Source: the human T2T-CHM13v2.0 reference genome, Homo sapiens. Taken from it: 64,000 bases of DNA. Positions 12,770 through 25,479 of the stretch are shown here, piece after piece (the first letter of the stretch is position 1; every line of letters starts with the position of its first letter). A model generated the notes under the pieces. That model saw only the letters and a program-made list of their open reading frames with translations. It did no database searches and was not told where the DNA came from. The stretch lies in NCBI RefSeq assembly GCF_009914755.1, contig NC_060941.1. One strand, 5' to 3'. The translations under genes and the position numbers were made by a program.

Positions 12770-13260
12770 AAGTCTACTTTATCCCTTTAAGAACATCTAC
12801 AGTTTGCCTTGTTTTTGAGCCCTACTTGGATTCCTCGGTGGCTTCCCAGAACCCTTAGGAGTATCCATCCTCACTACAGTGTGCAAGGCCCTCTGTGGCC
12901 TTGCTTGGCCCTTTTGGAAGACAACACCACTCTCTTTTTTGTTCACACCATTTACTCTTAGAACATGCCTCACCAATATTTTTCTAACTTCTTCTCTGTG
13001 GCCTCTATCTTATTATTCCCTCCATCCAGAATGGTGTTTCTTTGGCTCCTCTTTGCTTGCTTGGAGCACTCACCATTAAACCCTATTTAAAGGCCATTGC
13101 TTCTGAGAGACCTCCTCTGAACACTCTATCGCCCTAGCTTCTCTCCTCTCTCATGCTGGCTAGACTCATGGTTTCTTATCTCAGGCCATTCCCAACCTCA
13201 CACCTATTGCAACTAGTAAACTCCTTCTGCGTTTACTTGCTTATATACTTCTTTCCTTCT
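12770..13260 (+). mobile_element. L2 fragment (3' region)
   Basis: Degenerate L2-like sequence (GCAAGGCCCTCTGTGGCC...TTCTGAGAGACCTCCTCTGA...), interrupted at its end by MER58A. Confidence 0.55.
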
Positions 13261-13264
13261 AGAT

Positions 13265-13486
13265 TAGGGTCAGGAAACTGCAACCTGCAGGCGCCATTCA
13301 ACCAGCTGATTGCTTTTAGACATTAAGTTTTATTAGAACACAGCTATGCCCCATTTGGTTCCACACTACCTAGGGAGGTTGTCCTACTTTAACAGCAGAG
13401 TTAGGAGTAGTAACAGAGACCCTCTGGCCAAAAAAGCCAAAATATTTCCTAGTTGGCCCTTTATGGGAAATATTTGCCATCCCCTA
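13265..13486. mobile_element. MER58A (hAT-Charlie)
   Basis: AAGTTTTATTAGAACACAGC...ACAGCAGAGTT...GCCCTTTATGGGAAATATTTGCCATCCCCT. Confidence 0.85.
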
Positions 13487-13539
13487 GATCATAAACTCCA
13501 AAAGAGCAAGGGTTAAGTTAACACAGTATTTTGGTTAAT

Positions 13540-13790
13540 AGGACAACCCTTGAGCCAGAGTGCCTGGGATCAAATTCCAGCTCCACTAATTATGTACTGT
13601 GTGATACTGCCCAAGTTATTTAACATCTCTCTGTTCGCCAGGTTTTTTCATCTGTCTAATAGAGAGATGATGGTAATACATACCTCACCAATTTATTGTG
13701 AGGATTTAATGAATTAATTAATACCTGTAATGTATTGACAGTAGCTTACAGCACAAAACACTATATAGGTGATAACAAATATTATCATGT
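13540..13790 (+). mobile_element. MIR
   Basis: GAGCCAGAGTGCCTGGGATCAAATTCCAGCTCCACT...TTGTGAGGATTTAATGA. Confidence 0.85.
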
Positions 13791-14760
13791 ATTGATGTTT
13801 TTCGTGATTGACTAAAATAAATATTTAATAGACGAAGAGGCAATTAATTAACAAGTTAAATGACAAAGCTTCTTCTTTGAATCCTCTTCTTTGTTTGGAC
13901 CTCTCTAATAAGATATACTCTATTCCATATTCTGTTAAAAACGTTTCTTCTCCTAATAGGTTTCCCCTAAATTATCTGCAGCTGGTAAGTGTGTCCCATT
14001 TACATTTGTATACCTGAAATGACAAGGACCACGCTTATAACAAAGGATATCTCTACTACGAGCATAGGTGAATGAATTACTGTCAACAGAAGAGCCCCAA
14101 GATATGTAAGAGACTTTGCCTATCCATCATTAATTATTTTAACTTGTTTTTATTACATATTTCTAGAGAAACTAGGCTGTGGATGACATTGTGCCATACG
14201 TAATACAAAAATGCACCATCATTCCTTGCTTTAAGAAAATTATAAATTAATAGGGAATAAAAAATAGTACAAAATTCTTACACATGGATAGTATCTAACC
14301 CACATACGAGTATTAAATGAAATGCTAAGACATTCCAGGGGAGGAAGACTTTATTCCCAGCATCACACAGAGCCGAAAAGGGCTGCATGAAATTTTGTAA
14401 ACAGCGATTTCCCTTTAGCATGACCTTCCAGCAAACAAAGTGCTTGACTGTATTTTTCTCAGTGGATTACTTAAATTGATCATGCTTTGTTTTACTATGA
14501 ATTAAGCTTGTGGCTATTTCTACCCAGATTCACTAAGCCACCTGTGAATTCGATCAAACTGATGAAGTGGATCAAACAATATTCACCGGTTGTTTTGGAT
14601 TCTTGTAGGCATAGCTCAGATCTGTTTGTTGACTTTTTGGCTATAAATTAGGAGGCCAAGAAATTAGTGACGCTGCTTCGCCTCGCCAGTACATTGGCAT
14701 TTAATAAAGTGTTCCCAATTATCAATAAGCAAGTCTCCATGTTCCATGGCAAACACTCAC

Positions 14761-14813
14761 CTCAGGAAAGAGTGGAGAGCCAGGAGCAACCAACCAAATG
14801 CTACATCTCCCAT
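14761..14813 (-). other. Candidate coding first exon A (MGDVAFGWLLLALHSFL, phase 2)
   Basis: ATGG at 14813, open 53 nt to consensus donor GAG/GTGAGT; unique CpG-retaining sequence; no identified gene. Confidence 0.35.
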
Positions 14814-15200
14814 GAAGAATGGCTCGATCGTTTTGAATGTCACGATCAGTTAAAATACCTAATCAGGTGGGCTTGCGTAGACCCGGCATTGGCTAATATG
14901 ACCTACTCGTGTGTGTGTGTGTGTGTGTGTGCATGCGTGTGCATTTCCACTATATTTTCCCACTTCTTTTTACTTGGTAAAAATGGCTTGACCCAAACGT
15001 GAATGTACCTGGCAAGACGTGTTATATTTCACAAATTTCTAATCAGAGTGGAGGATCCAGGAGTGCCATGCCAGCTTGGGCCAGAGGCATCCTGCAATTA
15101 ACATTGTCAAGCGCTCCTGAGTGTAAACAGTTACCTCACATTACCTCAGAGCTCAGAGCATGAGGCCGTGTTTGCACAGGAGAGCCAGCCACCACAGCGT
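14814..15200 (-). promoter_or_regulatory. Candidate promoter upstream of exon A
   Basis: AGCCAATG CCAAT box (14888-14892), adjacent AGGTCA half-site, (TG)n at 14909-14931, forkhead TGTAAACA near 15123. Confidence 0.3.
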
Positions 15201-16372
15201 GGCTTAGCTAAAATTCTAACTTCTGGAAGTCATTTTCTACCACGTGCATGCTTCAATAAATCTGCAAAATAACTTAAGCAAAGAGACCCAGAGTGATTTT
15301 TCTTCTTTCTTTTTTCTCCCCACTCGTGCTCAACTAAGCTGTAAAACTAAGTCCCCTTTATCACAAAAGTCTCCACTTTATAATCCAATTGACTTTCAGG
15401 GTTTGCTTTCCCACATGTTTGTCTCTTCCTGTGCCACTAAATCGTATCAGCTGCTCTGGATTTGGGGTTGATGGTGATTGCTGAGGTGGGAGAGACCGCG
15501 GCTGCATTTATTGGCTACTTTCTCACAAGACATAGGGATCAGAAATGACAGTTTTTGGCATTACTGTAGTTTGCTAGATATATAACTTATTTAGTTAGTT
15601 TTTACTTTTAATTTGGTATTTGGTGATTTGTTCAAAGATATAGATCTTGAGATCTGAACATTATTGTCCTTTTTGTTTCATACTATACAGAATATAAAAA
15701 TATAGCCCAAATTACTGAGTATCTGTGTAGGTATTGAAAACAGAGTGTTGTCTAAATTAAATGGTTTGTATGTCAACGGTTTTTTGGATAATGGTAAATC
15801 TTTTAGAATCACATAAATGTTTTACACATATATTTGTGTGTGTGTGTCACCTTTAATAGAACCAACATATGGGATGATATGGTCAACCTGAGGTTTTAAG
15901 TGTATTCTGTAGAAAGAGTGACAATTCAGTCTTTTAGTAAGGCTTTGATTCAGTTTTCCCAGAATGACCTTTCCCTCTCACCCCAGTCCTCTTCTGTTGT
16001 GTGTTGTATAGATCAGGCCTACTGGAATAAATCTTCAGGAATCTGGATTATATAGTCTTGGCTCTGAGGGCTAACTAGCTGTGTGATTCACGTTGAACTT
16101 TTCTGGGCCTCACTATCTTTCAGTAAAATAGAGAATATCTTACTTATCTTACTCCTTCATAACTTTCTTTAGGCCTAGGAATAATAAAATAGTATATTTC
16201 CTATATTTTCAAAATGTTAGTAATATTATACATAAACAAATATGGCTAATGTTATGGAAATTACAATTTAGTGATCATTATTGTTTTCCTCTTTTATGTT
16301 TTTTTCTTAGTAATTATTTCTCCTTCTCTCTTTCCTAATGTATTTCTGACAATTCATACTCTCTCTCCATAC

Positions 16373-16730
16373 CAGAGGTTGGCAATATTTTTTAATAATA
16401 AGATAGACAGTAAAAATTTTCAGCTTTGCAAGCTATACTGTCTCTGATGCTACTACTCAATTCTGTTGTGGTGGTATGAAAACATCCATAGATAATAGTA
16501 AACAAATGAGTGTGGCTGGGTTCCAATAAAACTTTATTCAAGGACACTGAGATTTGAATTTCATGTATGTTTCATGTTGTACAATATTATTCTTGTTTTG
16601 ATACTTTTTCACCTATTTAAAAATATAGAGAAAAACATATATGGAGGAGACCATTCTTAGCTTTCGGTCTTACAAAAACAGGTGGTTGCAGGCTATATGT
16701 GGCCTGAGGGTCATAATTTGCCAATTCCTG
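16373..16730. mobile_element. MER58B (hAT-Charlie)
   Basis: CAGAGGTTGGCAA...GTTCCAATAAAACTTTATT...ATTTGCCAATTCCTG. Confidence 0.85.
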
Positions 16731-19334
16731 CTCTAAGCTGAGACCTAAGCTGGCTGCCATGTACAAATGGGAAGTTCAGTTCTTGGTTTAGAAGAAATGC
16801 GCTAGTCAGAGAGCAAGAAAGAGGTCATCTCAATTCCCAGGTTTTACCTCCAATTTAAATTCCAAAAAAATTAATGAATGTCTTATAATCAATAATATAT
16901 ATTTCCCACAAACCACTAGACTTCAGGCAATGGAGGTACAGACTGCTGATTTTAGACACTCACCTTTTACATTTGACTCACCATGATAAGTCTGGTGGCA
17001 CTAATGCTATAATGTTTTAGAGTGAAAAGGTAAGCTGGAGGTCATGTAAATCATCTCTCTCACTTTATACGTAAGATAACAATTTTCTTACAATTAAAAT
17101 GGCAGAGCCAGACTAGAACTCATATGACCCAAGAAGGGGTTCTTTTCACTACACAACAATAGTTTCACTGTAATTGTTCCTGGAAACTCATCCAAAAGAA
17201 ACAAGCAAAAAAGAACCAAAGAAACAAACTCTTGGACCCTTCAATAATTCTAGGTTAAGATGTTGGCCCAGGTAATAAGAGGTATTTGAATAAACACCAT
17301 TGGCCTGCTGAGTAGCCCCAGTTTTTAGGTAGTTTTAGAGCAAGCGGTGTTGACCAGCCACCAAATTTGACTGCTGTCTGCTTATAACATACATACTTTT
17401 CATGGACTACTAAACATCTTTAGCTTATTATCTTCAGAAAGCTTGCCCCAGCAGATCTGGCACTATGAGAGTTTTTTGTTTGTCTGTTTTTTGGAGGTTT
17501 TTTTGTTTGTTTCTTTGGCCAGAAGATTCATCCATAATAAATTTTCCAATCAAACCTGGGACCAGGTCTCTCCAAGAGTTCACAACTTCACCATTACCTA
17601 GGGCCACATTTAAAATCCTGCAGTTTACCATTCTCATGCAAACAGACACCAGAATGGAAAGGTAGTGCATATATTATCCACATCTGTCTGCTACAAATCC
17701 TGCTTAGTTTCATGCTTTTAGGACAAATTCCAGGCAAAGGGCCACTGGGAGAGGCTCCATTCCTCTGTACCCCATGCCCAACTCTGTCAGTTAGGCAGCA
17801 GAATAATTTCTTTCATAAGGTCTGTCCTAGCCAAAGAAAACATACCCATGCCCTGTGGCATGAGACCTCTAAAGGGAAGGGACTGTGTTCTGAATTACAC
17901 TCCAAGGGGAGCTGACCTGAGATCGGATGCCTTAAGACCTGGAAAGCAGTGAGACAGGAATATATCAAAGATGGACTTTATCATTTGGTATGGTTGGAAA
18001 ATCAATTTTCTATATGTAACCATGGGACGGATAAAATCCACCTCTCATACTCCAGCTCTCCTTTCCCCCATGGTATAAATTAGAGGACTGCATTCACTTT
18101 TGGGTATCAACACTAAAGAAACAAGCATCTCAAAGTTGGAGCCAATCATTTAAAAGGATAGAAAAACAAAAGTTTTAAAGGAAGAAATGGAGAGATGTCA
18201 TTTACATGAACAGATTCAATTAGCCAAAAAATATAGGACCATTCAAGCTTCCTGCTTTGCTTCCTTGTGCATCTAATGGAAAAAGTGTTCCTGATCCAGG
18301 ATTTTATTATTATTGTTATTATTTGAAATGCCACCTTAGAAAAAAATTTCCATTTGATACCCACCTTACTAGGAGAGGCTCAGTACAAAAATAAATAGTT
18401 GAAAATGTGCTGTGACTGAAATAGTGTTAGCCAAATTAATGCTAAATTTCCATCTGGACTTCAGCATGCTACCACCTAGAAATATTTTCTGGATCTCATT
18501 TCTATCTAGCCTTTCTTTTCCTTTTTTCTTTTATAAAAGATCACTCCATTTGGTGATTTGCTGGAATAGGATTAAGTAATTGTTGAAAGGTGGATTGCTA
18601 TGTCTTTAGTGTCTTTAGGCTGATCTCCCATCTCCAGGGGGTTGATGATTCTACTGGAAGGAAAACCTCTAATGGTGGTCTTTTCCCTCAGTTGGCTGCT
18701 GGTCATCTTAGCAGATTTATTCTTAGACTATAAGGAATCAATGAAGGCAGGGCACTTGACAGCGGGACGCCTTTGCATCTCTTCATGGTGCCTCACACAT
18801 AGTTTTGTTTCTATAACTTTTAATGAGTAAATGAATGTGGGACCAAATACAGCCTTAAATAGAAAGGCTAGGCTAAGCAGGTAGTGAAATTGCAGAATAC
18901 TTATTGTATCTTAAAATATGCTTAACATTGACAGTTCCAAAAAGCCTCGGTACATTGAAACATTTATACCCACAGTTCAAACATCTTTGGAATGAATTAA
19001 ACTCGTGTTACTGGGGGACCAGGGACAAAAACAGATGAGAAATCCCAAAGGCTAAGGCCATTTTCAAGTTTAGTTACTAACTCACTCTATGACCTTGTGA
19101 AATTCGTGCAACTCTTTGGGTCTCTAGTTCTTTATTTTTAGAAAAATCGAGAGTAATAATAGCGGTCCTGCCAATTTCTCCATTATATTTAAGCAGATTC
19201 TTGAATAGTTGTAAATGGCCTTTGGAAGCATAAAAATGTCCCATAATCACAACACCTCTTTTTGCCAGAAAGATGAGCACAAGTCATTTAGTAACTTAAA
19301 GAGATTGTCACTTGAAAAGTCCAACTAAAATGTT

Positions 19335-19520
19335 TTAGGCATCTCTATGTGCTAGGCACTGTGGTGGGCACTTCATTAATATTGTCTTGAACCCTCACAA
19401 AACCTTGGAAGTTACGTATTTTTATTCTAATTTTACAATAGAAATAACCAAATTTCAGGAAGATGAAGTGATTTGCCTAGGGTTGCATACCTAGTAAGTG
19501 GTAAACATACTATCAGATTG
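19335..19520 (-). mobile_element. MIR fragment
   Basis: CTATGTGCTAGGCACTGTG...AAGTGATTTGCCTAGGGTTGCATACCTAGTAAGTGG. Confidence 0.75.
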
Positions 19521-19704
19521 CACTGGCATTAACCATCCTAAAGCACTGTGCTGGGCACTAACCACCCACTATACAGTCTACAAACAGGTAGCTAGAACCA
19601 AAGCTTCCTGTTTCAGGTCATTTCAGGGCTGTTTAATAGTTTTTGTGTAAAGCATGTAAGAGGAAGAGGACATTTTCTATTAGATCTCAAGAAATGTATG
19701 TTGA

Positions 19705-19753
19705 CTGTGATCTCAAGACCTGTGATCTCAAGACCTGTGATCTCAAGACCTGT
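19705..19753. repeat. Perfect 15-bp tandem repeat (CTGTGATCTCAAGAC)x3.3
   Basis: Three exact adjacent copies plus a partial copy. Confidence 0.95.
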
Positions 19754-19799
19754 CTACAGCAGTTATTAGCTACATGCCACATGGTATGTCTGTAGAAAA

Positions 19800-19800
<1 letters not shown>

Positions 19801-19842
<42 letters not shown>
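19801..19842. repeat. (TG)n microsatellite
   Basis: Perfect TG run. Confidence 0.98.
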
Positions 19843-19845
<3 letters not shown>

Positions 19846-20384
19846 GTAGGTAAAGAAATTTAAAAGTTAAAGGTATAATCATCTTCTCTAGTTACTTTAA
19901 AAAAAATTATTGGCAATACATACTGACACCTTGTTCCCCTTTCTACATGCCAGGTCCTGTGGAAGTTTCCGGGGATTCAGAGAGGAATCAAAAACAACTT
20001 TGGTTTCTATTTTCATAGATTTGACAATCCAGATGGTAAAATGGACCTAGGAGACGTGTTGGTCACTTAGAAGACAGATTCCAGCTTAGCCTAAGGAAAG
20101 GGATTGGAGAAGAAGTAGATATCTGTAAGAGATATTAGAAGGTAGAAACCAGTAGGTCTTGATTATGGATTCAGTATAGTAGAGAATGGGCAAGGGGAGA
20201 GAAAAGAAGAAAAGTGTCAAGGATGACCTAAATATTAAGGTTTATAACCAGGGAAGTGAACTCTAGGGAATGATGGCAATCTCCTTATCATAGAATAATA
20301 GGGAGCATTATGGATATGGAACAGGGAAGCCTATACAAATTTGATGATAAATATGGGAATTCTATATAGGCATGCTATAGGTGC

Positions 20385-20790
20385 TGGTCTCACTCTCTCT
20401 TTTGCTGTCATAATCAAACGCCACAGGTTGTGTAATTTATAAATAACAGAAATGTATGTATCACAGTTCTGTGGGCTGGAAAGTCCAAGGGCAAACTTCT
20501 AGCAGGTTCAGTTGTACAGGGAGAGGTGCTCTCTGCTTCCAAGATGGCACCTTGATCCTGCATTGCTTTGATGCTGCATTCTCTGCAGGGAAGAGGCACT
20601 GTGTCCTCACGTGGTGAATGAGCAGAAGGGCAAGCTGGCTGAATGCTGGGTGAAGCCTCTCTGATGAGGATCTTAATCCCATTTACCAGGGAGGACCCCT
20701 CATGGCCCAATTATCTCTTAAAAACCCCACCTCTTAATATTCAAGTTAGCAACACCTGAATTTTGGAGAGGACACATTCAAACCATGGCA
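20385..20790 (-). mobile_element. MaLR solo LTR (MLT1A/MST-like)
   Basis: CACAGTTCTGTGGGCTGGAAAGTCCAAG, GCTTCCAAGATGGCACCTTG, ends GGACACATTCAAACCATGGCA. Confidence 0.85.
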
Positions 20791-23700
20791 ATGCTAGGTC
20801 ACTTCTCCCATGAACCATTAATTATTAACAAACAAACATTGAAAGCTTTTTACTTACCCCTCAAAATAAAAGCATTATGTGCATGTGCTTATTTGAGCAT
20901 AACCTATTTCTTAGTTATCAAGGCACATTGGGAAGAAAGCATTCAAAGATACACTGCCTCTCTATAGGCTCTGAAACCTTCTTGTCACCCTGCTACAACT
21001 CCCTGCCCTTCACTTTTTCCTTTCTGGGCTACATCAGCAGGAGCAGGAGAGCCTAGTGAACTTCACTCTTCCACCCTTTTCCATAAGTTGAGGTTCAATC
21101 AAAGGTGGTAACGAGGAGTGAAATGACCAAGAGGTAACAGAAGGAAAGAAAAGAAAAAGGAGCAGAAATTGAACACTATGTGTTACTACTTATTTAGGAT
21201 TTGCTTTTGCCTGTATTCACAAGGATTTAAAATATAATTTAAACAAAAACAAAGGTTGCTATTGTGGTACAGAGTATAACAGATTCTTATTGAACACGTC
21301 AGCCTTTCTTTCTAGCCTGTTCCCTACAATATCAGTTTTATTAATATTACCTTGCTTGTGGTTATCATAAGACAAGGGTCTTAGTGATTGATGGCTTGGA
21401 GCTATGGGAGATTTATGGAAAAGGAAATCATTTTAGGAATGTTAAGACTTCATCAGAAAAAATAAGGTTCTTTACTTCCAGATATGAGCCAGAACAATGG
21501 AGGAGAAATTCCTAGCTCCCTCAATAAAAGTGATATAACTGAGTTCAACAGGTAAACTAAGCAAATGGTGGCTAAGGGGATTAATTGATTAGCTCTAAAA
21601 ATTTAATTACAGTGTAATCTGTTAGCTTCTAAAAGGACTTCCCTCTAAATGAAAGGTAATAGAATATTAAACTGCCATACATTTTAATTTGAACCCCAAT
21701 AATTTAAAATGCAGTCATAGGCTAAGGTATTTGGAATTAATTAATGATTCTAAAAGAAGATTCAAAATTATTAACGAAAACTGAATTTAAGGTTTACAAC
21801 ATTATTCTACAAATTATATTATTTTTCCTCCTTTAACTATCTTAGTTTACTATATCTTCAGTATACTAGCTTTAATTTCTATATTTATTATTTTGATCCG
21901 TATCCTCAGTAAAAACATAAAAGTTAAGAATTCAAAATTAAATCTGAATTATTTCTCATTTGAACAAATGTTTTAATACTTGATGCCCATGAGTGCAACT
22001 TTGTTGTTTAAAGTGTGACTACTTATTTCTACTTTTCCATGATAATTGCAGAATAATTTAGATGAGTTATCAGATTTAGAAATAAATATTATTATTTTTC
22101 TTAAAAAAACTTAAGTAATAAAGCCCCTGTTCAAGTACAAGCTGAACGCGCTGCTTTAAGAAAAGTGTGTTGAAATAGGCTAAATGTTACCATTAAGAGA
22201 CTCATTCTGACCCAGCGTCATTGGTTGGCCAGAACCACAGGGTGGGGGTGTGAGTCTACAGATAAGTCTCTTTTGGCCTGAACACCCACAAAAAAACATT
22301 CAATGGTCTGGAATACTAGATCCAGAAACCACAAACCAAGGGGAGTCAGTCAAAAGCCCCTTTACAAAGTTTAAATTGAGGGAAGGGGTGCGCTACCCTT
22401 TCACACTTTTCCTCAGGTTACAAGCTGACGCAAAACTGACATTTATGTTCCTCTAAAGAGCTCTTATTATCAAGTGAGCTTGGTATCAGCCAACTGACAG
22501 AAAAGCAAAATTCACCTTCTGAATTTCCCAACAGCTACCTTTCAGCACTTAATCTTTTGCATTTCCTTTGGCCCAGAAACAGATCATTCAACTAGCTGGC
22601 TTCAATATCAATACATCTATTTCTCAGGAAATAAAAGGAAAAGATCTAAAACAATCAAAGGCCAAACACATTGTTTTCCGGAACAATGATGACTAAGCAC
22701 CACTGTGGAAGCAGGATCAACCATGCCACGATTTCGATCATTCCCCCTGATTTACAGTTTTCCAAATGTATTAGAACATAGCCAAGGTTTCTTTCTACAA
22801 ATAAACTATTGCTGCATAGGAACATATGGGTTTTTAATTTTAGGTGTTTTATTTTACATTAAATGACAAAACAGAACATGACAATGTTATATGATTTTCA
22901 CTTTGTCTTGGTGCTGATGAGGATATTGCCTTTCTCTTAAAATTCTAGCAGTAGAGCCAGGCGAGGAAGATAGCTTCAGTCTACATTGCCAGCCCAGTTC
23001 TGAATACGTTTCACTCAGGCTTCTGTCAAAGGACATTTTACAGCGCCTTCCATGTCACACTTTTCTCTTTACCATAAGGGTCAGAGAAAAGTTTTAATGG
23101 TAAATTGGTCCATATCCATAATTTCAAGGAGGATTATATGATCAACAGAAGAAAGACTGCATTCTTCACACCCCACAGACACAGACAAACACGTCCATAT
23201 ATGAACACACACAAACACACACACAATTTTTCCTAGTAACAAACCTAACATCCCCATGGAGACAGTATAGAGAGATCACCTTTTTTTGAAACTATAAACA
23301 ACAAAAGAGTTCATTCCTCTTTTTGTCTTTCTCTTTCTTCTCTCTGAATAATTAAGACCCTCTTGTTTTTCTCTGAAATCCTGCTCTTTATCTTTTTCAT
23401 CACTGTACTTCTTCTGAATCTTCTATGGGTTTTTCAGAGTCCTGCACTCCCTTGAAGACTAAATGAAATATGTCTACGTACTTTGTTTTGGACACTGAGG
23501 GAAAAGAATTCAAATGCATAGTTGATATGTAATGATTGAAAGTGTTGATTGTGTCAAACATTCCAATTTAAGAATAATTTAATCATTTCAAATCTTTATG
23601 ATATTTAAGCTTAGATATATTCAAACATTCCTGTGACACATTTGTGATGTTAATTTTGTACCCATCTTTCCGGTACCATATAGAGAAGCTTCTACCCGAA

Positions 23701-25479
23701 GTATGGTGTGCCCTTTATAATGCTTCTTTATAATAAAAGTACACAGATTTGTTATATTTCAAAAACGACATATATAAGTCTTAAACATAAATAAGTTAAT
23801 AAACATTTTAAGATCTTGTGCATAAGGAAAGCCAAATCTAAAATCAGGAGATTTTAGAGTGAAACAAAAGGTAAGAACTTCCACACCACAAGCTTCAGCA
23901 ATAACTATCCCATGAAAAACACGAACAACATTTTAAAACTATATTTTATAGTTATTAATTTATATAATATTGGCTTTTGGAGATGTTTGCCTCCATTTAG
24001 TGTCTTTGTAACTTTGATTAAATATATAGTATAGGGGACCTGGCAGGGTATCATGGTGGGCAGGAGGCAGGACTGGATTGCAGCTCTGGACAGAGCAGCG
24101 GGTGAGGGCTTGCACTGTGAATTTTAGCTCCAGATCAACTGCAAGAACAAACCAGCAACCCCAAGAGGACCCACAGACCCTCTGAAGGGAGCAGACTGCT
24201 CCTGCAGGACCTGGAAGATTCCCCCCATAACTGTGAGTGCCCCAACTGCAGAATTGGGAAAGGGAGACCTTCCTCTCCCAAACACACGTCCCCACCAAAG
24301 AAGCTGAAGGTCTGTTTGCAGGAGAAGTTTCTGACTTTACCTGGAGCTGAGTCAGTTTGGAGAGCTGAGTGAAATACATAAGTAGAGGAAGCAGCAGAAA
24401 GGCCCTGGGAGCTGGCTGGGTCGCCTCGCACGCCATTCCTGCCTGGCACCACAGGGATCCAGCGGGAGAGGAACAGGGAGTGAAACTACACAGGGAGAAG
24501 GAAATCTCTCGCTGAACTTTGTAACAATTTGAACAGGGTGAGAAGCCTCCTGGCCAGAACAGGATTTGGGAGGGCACAAATCCAATGTGCAGACTCCACA
24601 GGCGGGGAAAGAACTAAGCCTTTTTCTTTCGCGCCTGGGAGACGGATAGTCTGGGGAAGGTTTTCAAGGCTGTATCGCTGTCCGCCTAGAAACGGTCTGG
24701 GGGGCTGCTGTGTGTGGGAGGCACAGTGGGAGCAAGACCGGCCCTTCAGTTTGCATGGGAGCTGGGTGAGGCCTGTGACTGCTGGCTTTCCCCACTTCTC
24801 TGACAACCTGCATGACTCAGCAGAGGCAGCCATAATCCTCCTAGCTACACAACCCCAGTGACCTGGGAACCTCACCCCTGGCCCTCACAGCAGCTGCAGC
24901 AAGATGTGCCCAAGAAGAAACTGAGCTCAGACACACCTAGCCCGGCCCCCACCTCATGGTCCTTTCCTACCCACCCTGGTAGCAGAAGACAAAGGACATA
25001 TAATCTTGGGAGTTCTAGGGCCCAACCCACTGCCGGTTCCTCCCCATACTACCACAGCTGATGCCCTCTGGAAAGCGCCACCTCTTGGCAGGAGGCCAAC
25101 CAGGACAAAAATAGTGCATTAAACCACCAAAGCTAAGAACCCTCACAGAGTCCATTGCACACCATTCCCCACCACCCCCTACCCCCAAACCCCGGCCACC
25201 TCCACTGGAACAGGCACTGGTGTCCACAGCTGAGTGACCCATAGATCGTTCATATCACAGGACTCTGCAGACAACCCCTGGTACCAGCCCATAGCCAGGT
25301 AGACTTGCTGGGTAGCTAGACCCAGAAGAGAGACAATAATCACTGCAGTTCTGCTCTCTGGAAGCCACATCCATAGGAAAAGGGGGAGAGTACTACATCA
25401 AGGGAACACCCCTGTGGGACAAAAGAATCTGAACAACAGCCTTCAGCTCTAAACCTTCCCTCTGACAGAGCCTACTCAA

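Noticed and set aside
14667-15002. 111-aa + strand ORF over the CpG-retaining segment
   Set aside because: Starts at GTG, runs through a (TG)n repeat and resembles no protein I know; the minus-strand exon reading fits better.
17465-17665. + strand ORF with an acceptor-like T-rich tract
   Set aside because: Downstream donor (AAG/GTAGTG) is weak, there is no recognisable protein, and the T-rich tract is low-complexity.
19705-19753. Short direct repeats as a CRISPR-like array
   Set aside because: Units are adjacent with no spacers; eukaryotic context with no cas genes.
23960-25370. Several 60-205 aa ORFs
   Set aside because: All lie within the GC-richer L1PB 5' UTR; no evidence of coding function.
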